From contig CAVTHK010000007.1 in assembly GCA_963734495.1 (NCBI GenBank), forward strand, positions 384,001 to 448,000: DNA of 64,000 nt, given 5' to 3'. Source of the stretch: an uncultured Spirochaetota bacterium. GTDB taxonomy: Bacteria > Spirochaetota > Spirochaetia > SZUA-6 > CAVTHK01. Positions within the stretch are counted from its first letter, which is position 1. Each line of letters opens with the position of its first letter. A program made the translations under genes and the position numbers. The notes beneath the pieces are model-generated. The model worked only from the letters and a program-made list of their open reading frames with translations, was not told the DNA's origin and searched no databases. This document shows positions 43,577 through 54,671 of this stretch, one piece after another.

Positions 43577-44446
43577 GTGGGCGACACGGTCGGCGCAAGC
43601 CCTGCAGCGGCCCAGCTCCGCGTATCGAGCGCGTGGGCAAAGGGAGCCATCTACGCGGTCCTGATCTTCTTTGCGGTCGTGGTCCTGCTGCCGCTGCTCT
43701 GGCTGCTGTCGTCGTCGCTCAAGACGCTCGAAGACCTCTCGCAGAACGTCTGGGGCCTTCCCAAGAAGATCGAGCTCAAGAACTACGTCTTCGCCTGGAA
43801 CCAGAGCCACATGGGGGTCTACCTCCGCAACAGCTTCGTCGCGACGCTGGTGGCGATCCTCGTGAGCACGACCGCCTCGGCGACGATGGCGCACGCGCTG
43901 GCCCGCTTCCGGTTCCGGATCAACCGTCTCGTCTACTACCTCGTGATCGCGGGGATGATGATCCCGATCCACTCGGCCGTGATCCCGCTCTACCTGATCG
44001 CGCTCAAGTGGAAGATGCAGAACAACCTGATCGCTCTGGGCCTCATCTACGCGGCCTTCAGGATACCGGTCTCGGTGTTCATCCTCGAGTCCTTCATGCT
44101 GACGATCCCCAAGGAGCTCGAGGAGTGCGCGATCATCGACGGCTGCGGCTACTGGAAGATCTTCTGGAAGATCATCGCCCCGCTCGCTCGCGACGGTGTG
44201 GTCACCATCATGGTGCTGACAGCCCAGGCGACCTGGAACGAGCTGCTCGTGGCGATGCTGATGCTCAGCAAGCCGATGCTCAAGACTCTCCCCATCGGCG
44301 TGCTGGGCTTTCTCACCGAGTACGTCAGCTCGTACCAGCTGCTTTGCGCCGGCCTCATCCTGGCGCTGATCCCCAACCTGCTGTTCTACGCCCTCATGCA
44401 GGAGAAGATCGAGAAAGGGATGACCGTGGGCGCGGTCAAGGGGTAG
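43577..44446 (+). CDS. Carbohydrate ABC permease (MalG-like)
   Basis: IPKELEECAIIDGC EAA-like motif, WNE, KTLPIG, GMTVGAVKG. Confidence 0.92.
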   Translation: MGDTVGASPAAAQLRVSSAWAKGAIYAVLIFFAVVVLLPLLWLLSSSLKTLEDLSQNVWGLPKKIELKNYVFAWNQSHMGVYLRNSFVATLVAILVSTTASATMAHALARFRFRINRLVYYLVIAGMMIPIHSAVIPLYLIALKWKMQNNLIALGLIYAAFRIPVSVFILESFMLTIPKELEECAIIDGCGYWKIFWKIIAPLARDGVVTIMVLTAQATWNELLVAMLMLSKPMLKTLPIGVLGFLTEYVSSYQLLCAGLILALIPNLLFYALMQEKIEKGMTVGAVKG

Positions 44447-44450
44447 GCCC

Positions 44451-45339
44451 GTGGAGATGAACCCCAAGGTCAGGCGCAATCTCGCGATCACGCTCTTCCT
44501 GCTGCCCGGCGGGCTGGTCTACGTGCTGCTGGTGCTCAATCCGCTGGTGCAGGCCTTCATCCTGGCGACCTACCGCTGGAAGACGCTGAGCACGCGGGTC
44601 TACGTCGGACTCGACAACTTCGTGACCGTCTTCAGCGACAACCTCTTCTGGATGTCGATGAAGAACAGCCTCATCTTCATGGTGGGCACGACGCTGCTGC
44701 AGGTCGCGCTGGGGTTCGGCCTCGGCTATTTCCTGTACCTGCAGCTCAAGGGCTACCGCTTCTTCAAGACGGTCTATTTCATTCCCGCGGTCCTCGCGAC
44801 CGTGGCCGTCGGGTTCGTCTGGGGTTACATCTACAGCCCGGCCTTCGGGCTGCTCGAAGCCGGCCATGGAGTTCCTGGGCCTCGGGGCGAAGTACAAGTC
44901 GCCGCTTGCCGAGCCGGGCATGGCCCTGCTCGCGCTCATCATCGCCCAGGTCTGGCACTTCTTCGGCATCCAGGTGATGATGTTCAACGCAGGCTTCATG
45001 AACATGCCGCAGGACGTCATCGAGATGGCCTCCATCGACGGCGCCTCGGGCTGGAGGATGATCTGGCACATGGTGCTGCCGCTCGCCTGGGAGATCACCA
45101 AGACCGTCATCATCCTGCAGATGATCGGGGCGCTGCGCTCGTTCGACCTCATCTTCGTGATGACGCAGGGCGGGCCCAATCACGCCACCGAAGTGCTGCC
45201 GATGCACATGTTCGTCCACGCGTTCCAGAACTTCAACATCGGCCTCGGCGCGGTCGTGGCCGTGGTGATCTTTATCCTCGCCATGAGCTTGACGATGTGC
45301 ATGCGCGCGCTCATGCAGCGCGAGGCGCTGCAGTATTGA
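44451..45339 (+). CDS. Carbohydrate ABC permease (MalF-like; frameshift near 44860)
   Basis: YVGLDNF, YFIPAVL, EMASIDGA, FDLIFVMTQGGP. Confidence 0.9.
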
Positions 45340-45392
45340 GCCAGGGATGGCGAGACCCGTGGGCGCCAGGGATGGCGTAGCCCACGGGTCTC
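45340..45392. repeat. REP-like composite palindrome between convergent genes
   Basis: GCCAGGGATGGCG twice (45340-45352, 45365-45377); 13-bp inverted repeat GAGACCCGTGGGC/GCCCACGGGTCTC. Confidence 0.65.
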
Positions 45393-45465
45393 CCACCGCA
45401 AACGAAAAGCGCCCGCAGGTCGCGATGACCGGCGGGCGCCGAAGCCCCGCGAACCGCGAGCCGCC

Positions 45466-47241
45466 CTACCCGTACAGCGGCCCAAACGCAGCGCACGCCC
45501 GGTAGTCCGCGCCCACCGGGTCCATCGCGCCGAACGCGGTCCAGGCGCTCGGCCGGAAGATCCGGTCGTCGGGCACGTTGTGCATGCAGACCGGGATGCG
45601 CAGCATCGAGGCCAGCGTGATCAGGTCGGCGCCGAAGTGGCCGTAGCCGAAGGCGCCGTGGTTGGCGCCCCAGTTGCCCATCACCGTGTAGACGTCGTTG
45701 AAGGGGGCGCTGCCGGTGAGGCGCGGCACGAACCACGTCGTCGGCCAGGTCGGGTCGGTGCGCTCGGTGAGCGCCTTGTCCGCGTCGGCGGGCAGAGCCG
45801 CCGTCACGCCCTCTGCGATCTGCAGCGCCGGACCGAGCCCCTTGATCAGGTTGATGCGCGCCATCGTCACGGGCATGCCGCCCTTGGTGTGGTACTCGGT
45901 CGAGAAGCCGCCGCCCCTGAAGTAGCCGAGCGACGCGGGGCAGAAGGTCGTGGCCGCGAGGCACTTCTTGACCTCGTCCTCCGTGATCTCCCAGAACGGC
46001 TTCATCACCGGCTTGCCGCCCCGGGTCTGCTCGCCGTTGCCGTCGAGGGCCGCCGAGCCTGAGTTGATGAGGTGGAGGAAGCCGCCGGCCGCGTCGCCCG
46101 TCGGCGCCTTTCCGGTCACGCGCTTGACGGCGTCCGGGCTCCAGTAGGTGCGCACGTCGGCGAACACCTGGGCGGTGTTGGTGAGCAGGTGCGACAGCAG
46201 CATCGCGATGCCGTTGAGGCAGTCGTTCTCGGTGGCGCAGATGAACGGCTCGCGGATGCCGTTCCAGTCGAACGAGCTGTTGAGCATCGTCTCGAGGAAG
46301 TCGCCGTTGGGGTAGAAGTCGGTCCACTGCCTCTGCCCCTGGAAGCCGCTCGCGATCGCGTTGTGGCCGTTGGCCTCCTCGCCGAAGCCGATGTCTTTCA
46401 GCTTCGGGTTGCCGATCATCAGGTCACGGGCGATGATCGCCATCTTGGTGACGAACTCCCAGTCGCGCGCCTTCTTCTCATCGCTGAGCTTTTGCGCGTT
46501 GTTGTCGCGGCCTGCCTTGCAGTTCTTCTTGACCCAGGCGAGCGCTTTCTCGTACTCGGCCTTGTCGTAGATCCCCTGCTCCATGCGCCGGATGAACTCG
46601 GTCGCGTCGATCATCTCGTAGCGCATGCCGAGGTGGCCTTCGAGAAAGGCCGGGTCTACGATCGAGCCTGCGATGCCCATCGAGACCCCGCCCATGGCCA
46701 GGTAGCTCTTGCCCCTCATGGCGGCGACCGCGAGGCCCGACCGCACGAACTGGAGGATCTTCGTCTTGACGTCGTCGGGGATCGTGGTGTCGTTGAGGTC
46801 CTGGACGTCGCGTCCGTAGATGCCGAAGGCCGGCAGCCCCTTCTGGTTGTGGCCCGCGAGCACCGCGGCGAGGTAAACGGCGCCCGGCCGCTCCGTGCCG
46901 TTGAAGCCCCAGATCGCCTTGGGGATGAGCGGGTCCATGTCCATGGTCTCGGCCCCGTAGCACCAGCAGGGCGTCACGGTCAGCGACACGCCCACGCCCT
47001 CGCGGGCGAACCTGGCCGCGCACCGCGCCGCCTCGGCCACGCCCCCGATGCAGCCGTCGGCGATCACGCACTCGACCTTCTCGCCGCTCGGGTGCCGCAG
47101 GCTCTCCGAGATCAGCTTCGCCGCGTTCTTCGCCATGTTCATCGTCACGTTCTCGAGGCTCTCGCGCACGCCGCGCTCGCGGCCGTCGATCGTCGGCCGG
47201 ATCCCCACCTTCGGGAGCGAGCCTGCCAGCCTGTATGCCAT
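45466..47241 (-). CDS. fucI: L-fucose isomerase
   Basis: [78 protein letters not shown]. Confidence 0.95.
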   Translation of the reverse strand: MAYRLAGSLPKVGIRPTIDGRERGVRESLENVTMNMAKNAAKLISESLRHPSGEKVECVIADGCIGGVAEAARCAARFAREGVGVSLTVTPCWCYGAETMDMDPLIPKAIWGFNGTERPGAVYLAAVLAGHNQKGLPAFGIYGRDVQDLNDTTIPDDVKTKILQFVRSGLAVAAMRGKSYLAMGGVSMGIAGSIVDPAFLEGHLGMRYEMIDATEFIRRMEQGIYDKAEYEKALAWVKKNCKAGRDNNAQKLSDEKKARDWEFVTKMAIIARDLMIGNPKLKDIGFGEEANGHNAIASGFQGQRQWTDFYPNGDFLETMLNSSFDWNGIREPFICATENDCLNGIAMLLSHLLTNTAQVFADVRTYWSPDAVKRVTGKAPTGDAAGGFLHLINSGSAALDGNGEQTRGGKPVMKPFWEITEDEVKKCLAATTFCPASLGYFRGGGFSTEYHTKGGMPVTMARINLIKGLGPALQIAEGVTAALPADADKALTERTDPTWPTTWFVPRLTGSAPFNDVYTVMGNWGANHGAFGYGHFGADLITLASMLRIPVCMHNVPDDRIFRPSAWTAFGAMDPVGADYRACAAFGPLYG

Positions 47242-47449
47242 GGTGCCCTCCAGACGTCTGTTGATCGCCCGCCGTGCGGGCGGGCGGAACGGCATTCTAC
47301 ACGAGAAGGCACCGGGCGCCAGTTCGCCCTGCCCCGCGCCCGGGCGGGGCCCGGCCTCCGCGCCGTCACGGACTCGTCACGGCCGGCGCGTAGTCTGTCT
47401 GCGTGCGGCGGAGAACCGTCCGCTGCGCGGGAACGAGGGAGGTCGGCAT

Positions 47450-47885
47450 ATGGCTTTGCAGGAGTGCATCGAGTTCGCGAAGAAGTACCCGGTCGGGTTT
47501 CTGGGCACGGTCGACGGCAGCCGCGCCCGCGTGCGCGTGTTCATGCTGTGGCGGGCGGACGCGAGCGGCTTCTACTTCGAGACCTTCAGGAGCAAGCAGG
47601 TCTGCGACCAGATGCAGAAGAGCCCCGGGAGTCGAGGTCTGCTTCTTCAACAACGCGGGCGACATGATGCAGTGGAAGACGCTGCGCGTGGCCGGGAAGG
47701 TCGAGTTCCTCAACGACCAGGAGCTCAAGCGGCAGCTGCTCGAGGACTGGCCTTTCCTCAAGGGAGCAACCAGTGGGCCGGCAGACCCGAACTTCGTGCT
47801 TTTCCGCATCGGGCACGGCGAGGCCTACTTCTGGACCGCGGCGGACATGCTCAAGGAGCGCCAGGTCAGGCGGGAGAACTTCTGA
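47450..47885 (+). CDS. Pyridoxamine 5'-phosphate oxidase family protein (frameshift near 47630)
   Basis: FLGTVDGSRARVR, FYFETFRSKQV..QM...VEVCF, LRVAGKVEF; GGAGG RBS. Confidence 0.8.
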
Positions 47886-48018
47886 GGCGGCCGGCGGCAC
47901 GAGGCGATACATGACCATCTTCAGAGATTCGCTGCCGTCCCCGGGTGCCACTTCGAACCGCCGCACCGGGCCGTTGGAGGACGACCGCCCGTCGTTTCGT
48001 CGGCAGGTGCGCCCGCGC

Positions 48019-51000
48019 TCACCGGCGCCACGGCTTGCGGCCGTTGCGGACAGCGGCCCGGCGCACAGGGGCGGCCGGCCCGGCGGAGACCGGGCCGCGC
48101 CCACCGCGACCGCCAATGCGGTCAGAACCCGCCGCGTCGGCAACCAGCGCTCCGGCCTCATCGAGGTCGGCGCAGTCCGTCTCGGCGGGGAACCGATCCA
48201 GGACCGGCCGGATGAGTCGGACGGCATCCTCTCCCCTCCGACCGGCGACGAGCAGCCTCCCGAGCGAAAGCGCCGCCCGTAACTCGAACGACAGGGCCCC
48301 TTGCCTGCGCGCGACCGCCAGCGAACGCGCATAGGCCCGCGCAGCCTCTGTCTTGCGGCTGAGCGCTTTGAGCAGGTCCCCGCGTACCCGCAGGGATTCC
48401 GCGTCCCAGACCCGCTCGCCGGAGCGAGCCGACTGCGCGAGCCCCCGCCCGATCGCCTCGAGGCCGGCCTTCGACTCGCCGGCGCGGCCCATGGCTTCGC
48501 CGAGCGAGCAGAGGAGCCGCGGGAGGAACAGCCCGTTCCCGGCCGCACCCCACTCCTCCGTCGTGCGTCGCAGATCCTCGATCGCTGGCCGGGGTCCCGC
48601 CGAACGCCGTGCGCCCAGCAGCGCCCCGAGGTTGGCCGAGATCAGCGCGTAGAGGGGAAACCGACCGCTCGCCAGCGCCGCGACTTCGGCGGCGCACCCG
48701 GCGGCAGCGTCGTCATCGCCCAGGAGCATCCGTAGCCAGCCTGCGAAATAGAGAGTCATGGCCAGATTGAACGGGTGCCCGGCGGCGCGGGCGCGCGACA
48801 CCGCGAGGTCGCCCATCCGCCGCGCGGTTTCGTGGCGACCGGCCAACCACGCCCCGATCCCGCCCATTATGCCCGCTCCGGCAAAGGCGTCGTTGCCGAA
48901 CTCGCGGATCTGCTCCAGGGATCGCTCGGTGTCATACACGTCCAGCGCCGCCTCCGCCTCGGCGACAGCCTGGGCCGGTGCGCCGCTCTCGAGCAGGGCC
49001 TCGCACAGCATGAACGACGCCCGGGCCCGCTCGCAGGCGCTTCTGGCGTGCTCGACCAGCTCGTGGCTCAAGGCGAGCGCCCGCCGTGTCTCGCCGCGCA
49101 CGAGAGCGTGCCGGCGCAGCCCGAGCAACGCGTGGAAGAGCCGCTTCCGGTCGCCCAGCTTCCTGCACAGGCGCTCGGCACACGCGTAGTGCTCGCCCAC
49201 GTCCGCACTCGCGTGGCCGTGCAGCTGCACGAGCGGCACGCCGAGCGTCACCAGAAGCTCCAGCTCCCGGGAATCGCGGCTGTCGCCTTCGGGCAGGCGG
49301 GGGAGCAGCGCAAGCGCACGGGAGAGGTGGCCAACGGCCTCGGCGTTGGCGGACGAGGCCGCAGCCTTGCGGCCGGCTTCGAGGAGGTATCCTGTCGCCC
49401 TGCCCACGTCGCCCGCCTGCGCCCAGTGATGAGCCAGGATCTCGCAGGCATCCGTACGGTTCTCGGCGTCGATCGCCTCGATGGCCCGCGCCACTTCGCC
49501 GTGGAGCGCCGCCCTCCGGCTTTCGGGGATCCCCGCGTAGACCGTCTCGCGCGTGAGTACGTGCCTGAAGGCGTACTCCGTCTCCGGAAGAGAGCGCGCA
49601 GGATAGACCAGCGCGCGGTCCTCGAGATCCCGCAGGATCGACTCGTGGCGAGCGCTCGGCCCGAGCAGCCGAGCGAGCAGTCTCACGGGAAACACGCTTC
49701 CGATCACGGACGCCGTCTCGAGGACACCGCGGGAGGATTCGTCCATGCGATCGACGCGACCGAGGATGACGCCGCGGACGCTGTCGGGTATCGGCGCTTC
49801 GTCTGCGGCCTCGCGGGCCTTCCAGGAGCGGCCGTCGTGACGCAGGATCCCGCCGTCGACGAGCGACCGCAGCGTCTCCTCGAGGAAGAAAGGGTTCCCC
49901 TGCGCGCGGCCGAGCACGAGCTCCTCGACGAGAGGCGGGAGCTCGCAGCCGGCAAGCAGCGAAACGGCGAGCCGCCGGCTCTCTTCGAGCGGCAGATCCG
50001 CGAGCCTGAGCTCGCGGTGGCGCTGCGGGCACGCCCTCGACGCGATCGTAGCCAGGTGGCGGCAGGGGTGGTCCTGCTCCGGCCTGTAGACGCAGATCAG
50101 CAGCCAGGCGGAACTCGCCAGCGACTCCATGAGGAACGAAGCGAGCCCGATCGAAAGGCTGTCCGCCCAGTGCAGGTCCTCGAGGACCATCACGATCGGC
50201 GTCGTCCTGGACAGCGCAGTGTAGAAATCGCGCAGGGCCAGGAAGGTCGTCTCTCTACGGCTCTCGGGATCGTCCGCGACCGCCCGTCCGGCGTGCGCAG
50301 GCGGACCGCCTTCGCCCTTCCGCCGGAAGAGAGAGGCGAGCTGCGGCCCGAGCTCCGCAGCACGCGAGGCCGCAAGCGCGCCCGCGACGACGAGGCTCCG
50401 CAGCACGCGGTTGACCGCTTCAAGGCTCACGCCCTCACGGCCTGCGAATTGCGCCCGCATCATGTCCAGGAACGGCCCGTAGGCAGTCGATTGGGCGACA
50501 TCGAGGCAGCGTCCCTCGAGCCAGAGATGTCTCGCCCCGCCCTCCCTGGCCCCGGAGCGCAGCTCGTGGACGAGGCGCGACTTTCCGACTCCCGCCTCAC
50601 CGACTATGCAGGCCACGGCGCCCTTGCCGGCCGCGGCGCCCACGAGCAGGGCTTGGAGCGCAGCCAGCTCGGGGTCTCGGCCGATCATCGGTGAGCGCAG
50701 CCCCTCGACTCCCCGCGTCTTCGTCGACACCCGAAGCGCACTCCGCACCGCGAACACACCGGTGCCGCGCCCACCGCCGCTGCGCGACGACGTCGGGAGG
50801 TACGAGAAGGACCCGCGCGTGAGGCGAAACGTCGATTCGGCCACCAGTATCTGCCCCGGTTGGGCGAGAGCGGCGAGCCGGCTGGACGCGATCGCGGCAG
50901 GGCCGCCGAGATCCGCGCTCACTTCGCCTGTCTGCACACCCGTGCGCGCGGCTACGCCGACCCGCTCGAGCTCCCTGCGCATCTCGATTGCACACCTCAC

Positions 51001-52015
51001 GGCCACCTCAGGGTCGGACTCGCGAGCGCCGCGGGCACCGAAAACCACGAGCAGCCACTCCTCCACAGCCTGCGCCGTGCCGCCGAGAGCCTCGGCCACG
51101 GGCTGCGCGAGCGCGACGAGGGGGGCGGCGCCGGGCGGCAGGACAGCGCGCACCGCAACGGCCGTCCCCAGCCGAGGACCGGGCGCGCCCTGCCTCGCAT
51201 CCGGCGCCGGCGCCCCGCGCGGCGTTTGCACGGACGCATCGGCGGCGACCTCCGGCGACCGGCCGGCCAGAATCGCGTCTCGGACCGCGGCCGTCGAAGC
51301 TGCCGGCTCAGCGCCAAGCTCCTCGCGCATCAGGCGCGCGCATTCCTCGTACTGCCGCAGCGCCTCTGCCCTGCGGCCGGCGGCCGCGAGAAGAGCCATG
51401 AGCAGCTCGTGGGCCCGCTCGTTGAGCGTGTCCAGGAGCAGCCACCGCTGCGACACACGGACCGCGGCCTCCAGCTGGCGCCGCGCCGCGTACGCGCGGG
51501 CGAGCCGCTCGAGCGCCAAGGCGAGCTCGCCCCGCAGCTTCTCCCCTTCGAAGAACTGCCAGTCGTCGAAGCTCAAGCTGTCGGGGAGCGTGAACCCCCT
51601 GAGAAAGTCGTCCTCGTAGAGCGTGACTGCCTCCGCGAGCCGGGACAGGCACCTGTCGCAGCACCCGCCGCGGCGCATGGCCATGGCTTGACGCCTCCGC
51701 GACCAGGGCACGGAACCGCATGACGTCGACGCTCAGGGCGGGGTCGTCGCGCAGCGCCACGACGTCGCGCCGCGTCTCCAACCAGAACGCGAGAGGAGTC
51801 TTGTTGACCGCGTAGAGAGTCCTGCGCAGTACCGCGCGGCCGCGGGCCTGATCGAATTCCGGCCACAGCAGTGCAACCAGAGAATCACGGCCGCAGGGGC
51901 GGCGCGTGACTGCGAGGTAGGCAAGGAGAGCCACGGCTTTCCTCGTTTCGAGGGCGACAGGCACTCCGTCGAGCTCGATCCGAGGCGGTCCGAGGAGGCG
52001 CAGCGCAAGACGCAC
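48019..52015 (-). CDS. SARP/BTAD regulator fused to a cyclase-like domain, AAA/STAND ATPase and helical repeats (frameshift near 51690)
   Basis: LRLLGPPRIELDG, ALLAYLA, RDSLVALLWP, FDDWQFFE, DTLNERAH..LM, EELGAEP; LLVVFGA..ARESDPEVAVRCA, RTGVQTGEV, ASSRLAALAQPGQILV; GEAGVGKSRL, LEDLHWAD, GNPFFLEE. Confidence 0.88.
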
Positions 52016-52034
52016 AGGAAATCCCTTCCGGGTG

Positions 52035-52068
52035 TCGTCACGCTCTCGTCACGCGGCGAGGGTACACT
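52035..52068 (+). promoter_or_regulatory. SARP (AfsR-type) binding box and -10 element of the MBL hydrolase
   Basis: TCGTCACGC-N2-TCGTCACGC, then 8 nt, then TACACT. Confidence 0.7.
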
Positions 52069-52116
52069 TCTCCCTGATGATCGCATGACACGTACCCGTC
52101 CGCAAGGAGGGACAGC

Positions 52117-52959
52117 ATGGAGAGCCACCGGTTCGGCGTCGGCTCTATGGATTGCCTGCTCGTCCTCGACGGCACGCACGACTACGCGAAGCCGGGGGAG
52201 AGCTTCTTCTGCAACGCGCCGCGGGACGAGCTGCGGGCGTACCTCAAGGGCCGCGGCCAGGACCCCGACAACTGGCCGGTCTATGTGAGCCCCTACCCGG
52301 CGCTGGTGGTCTTTGCGGGGAACGAGAAGGTGCTGATCGACACCGGGGCGGGCTCCTTTGACAAGACCACGGGCCACCTCCTGCCGCGCCTCCGCGCGGC
52401 AGGTGTGGAGCCGGACCGCATCGACACGGTCGTCATCACCCACGGGCACGTCGACCACCTCGGCGGCTGCCTGGACGCGGCCGACGCACCGGCGTTCCCG
52501 AACGCGCGTTACCTGATCGACCGCCGCGAGTGGGAGTTCTGGACGACGACAGCCTGTGAGGGCAGATCGTCGGCCAAGCTCATCGAGCTCGCTCGCAAGC
52601 AGCTCCTGCCGCTGGCCGACCGCTTCGTGTTGAGCGACGGCGAAACCGAAGTGGCGCCGGGAGTGCGTCTCCTGCCGGCGTATGGCCACACCCCGGGGCA
52701 TCTCTGCGTGGAGGTCGCCTCCGACGGGCAGCGACTGGTCTACATCTCCGATCTCGCGCTTCTCCCGCACCACCTGGAGAAACCCCAGTGGTTTTACCCC
52801 GCTGAAGTCGATCAGGCCATGTGCCTGGAGACGCGGCTGCGCCTCTACAGGTGGATGGCCGATCAGCACGCGCTGGTCCAGGCGTTCCACTTCGACTTTC
52901 CGGGGCTCGGCTACATCGTGCCGTCCGGAAACGCCTGGAGATGGGAGCCGGCGGCCTGA
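52117..52959 (+). CDS. MBL-fold metallo-hydrolase
   Basis: LIDTGAG, ITHGHVDHLGG (HxHxDH), GHTPGH, ISD, FHFDFPGLG; AGGAGG RBS. Confidence 0.92.
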   Translation: MESHRFGVGSMDCLLVLDGTHDYAKPGESFFCNAPRDELRAYLKGRGQDPDNWPVYVSPYPALVVFAGNEKVLIDTGAGSFDKTTGHLLPRLRAAGVEPDRIDTVVITHGHVDHLGGCLDAADAPAFPNARYLIDRREWEFWTTTACEGRSSAKLIELARKQLLPLADRFVLSDGETEVAPGVRLLPAYGHTPGHLCVEVASDGQRLVYISDLALLPHHLEKPQWFYPAEVDQAMCLETRLRLYRWMADQHALVQAFHFDFPGLGYIVPSGNAWRWEPAA

Positions 52960-52988
52960 TCGGCTCGGGCGCCGGGTGGCCCCGGCTG

Positions 52989-53775
52989 TCAGAACGCCTC
53001 GTGCGCCACGACCACCGGCCGGCCGGTGACGGGATGCGGAAACTCCAGGCCGCACGCATGCAGGTAGAGCCGCGCGGCGGCCGGCTGATCCGCCGGCCCG
53101 TAGAGGGCGTCGCCGACGATCGGCAGCCCCACCGCATGCGAGGTGGACGCGCACCTGGTGGCGGAAGCCGGTATCGAGCTCGACCAGAACTTTGAAGAAG
53201 GCGCCCGCGGCGGATTCTCCCGGCACGCCGCGGTCCCGCTCCAGCGCGAGCAGCCGCGTGCGGTAGAGCCTCCCGCCCGCGGCCGCGCCCGCCGCGACGG
53301 CGGCCACGCGCCGGCGCCCCGGGCCCCAGGCGCGGAACGCCGATGCGACCTCCAGCGGCAGCGGGGGGAGCGCGTCGCCCCCCGATTCCGCGAGCCGCGG
53401 ACCCAGCGGGGCGAGGAGGGCGCGCGTGCCCTCCGGCGGGCGATCGTGCGGCGAGACGAGCGCGCGGTAGCGCTTGAGGAAGCGCCCGTCGCGGGCGGCG
53501 GTCCGCAGGCCCTCCCACGCCGCCGCCGTTCGCGCCACCAGGACCAGGCCCGAGGTGTCGCGGTCGAGCCTGTGCAGCAGCCCGGGCTCCACCGGCTTGA
53601 GGCCGGGCACGGCCGCGATCTCCGGGTAGCGCTCGAGGACCCACGCGAGCAGCGTGCCGCTCTCGCCCGGCCGGAGAGGAGCCGTGTCCAAGCCCGCGGG
53701 CTTGGCTGCGACGACAAACGCTGGATCTTCGAGGACGACGACCGGCTCGGCGCCGGCGATCCGATTACGCTCCAC
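52989..53775 (-). CDS. RluA-family RNA pseudouridine synthase (frameshift near 53135)
   Basis: KPAGL, LLHRLDRDTSGLVLVA, TGFRHQVRVHL, PIVGDALYG, LYLHA; TTGATG-17-TATGCT promoter 7 nt before GTG 53775. Confidence 0.88.
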
Positions 53776-53890
53776 GGCGGGCAGCATAGGCCGCGAACCG
53801 CGCGCCATCAAGCGCAGCGTTGTCAAAACGCGGCGAATCCGTTAGCCTCATCGCGGCGCAGGCGCGGGAAACGAAAGGACGGGAGGACCC

Positions 53891-54658
53891 ATGGAAGAAT
53901 TCGTGCTCGGAGTCAACATGTACTCCGCTCGGACGCTCACCCAGAAGCTGGCCGATCTCAAGGCCGCGCTCAAGCGGGTGGCGGCGATCGGATACAAGGC
54001 GATCCAGGTGTCAGGGTTCGGTCCGATCGACCCCAAGGACGTGGCCGCGCTGGTCGAGGACAACGGCCTCACCGTGGCCGCGACGCACGTGGCCTGGTCT
54101 CGATTCCTGAACGACCGCGACGCCGTGATCGGCGAGCACAAGCTGTGGAAGTGCGAGCACCCCGCCATCGGGTCCCTGCCCAAGGAATACAACAACCTCG
54201 AAGGCCTCAAGCGCTTCGTCGGCGAGCTCCCGGCGGTCCTCGACGACCTCGAAAAGGAAGGACTGGACTTCTCGTACCACAATCACAGCCACGAGCTGGC
54301 GCGTTGGGACGGAAGGTCCTGGCTGCAGCGGCTGCTCGAGGATGCCGATTCCCGCCTCAAGTGGGAGATCGACATCTACTGGATCCAGCACGGCGGGGCC
54401 GACCCGGCCGTCTGGCTGCGCAAGCTGTCAGGCCGCATGCCCCTTCTTCACCTCAAGGACATGGCGGTCACGCCTGAGCGCGAGCAGCGTTTTGCCGCCA
54501 TCGGCGAAGGCAACATGAACATCGACGCAGTGCTCCGCGAGGCGCGCGCCGCGGGCGTGCGCTGGTACCTCATCGAGCAGGACCAGAGCTACGGCCGCGA
54601 CCCCATCGACGAGATGGCGGTCAGCTACCGCGCCTGCCGCGCCATGGGTCTCAAGTAA
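53891..54658 (+). CDS. Sugar (phosphate) isomerase/epimerase, xylose-isomerase-like TIM barrel
   Basis: YHNHSHE, EIDIYWIQHGG, LHLKD, IGEGNM, LIEQD. Confidence 0.88.
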   Translation: MEEFVLGVNMYSARTLTQKLADLKAALKRVAAIGYKAIQVSGFGPIDPKDVAALVEDNGLTVAATHVAWSRFLNDRDAVIGEHKLWKCEHPAIGSLPKEYNNLEGLKRFVGELPAVLDDLEKEGLDFSYHNHSHELARWDGRSWLQRLLEDADSRLKWEIDIYWIQHGGADPAVWLRKLSGRMPLLHLKDMAVTPEREQRFAAIGEGNMNIDAVLREARAAGVRWYLIEQDQSYGRDPIDEMAVSYRACRAMGLK

Positions 54659-54671
54659 GGCTCGAGGGCGC

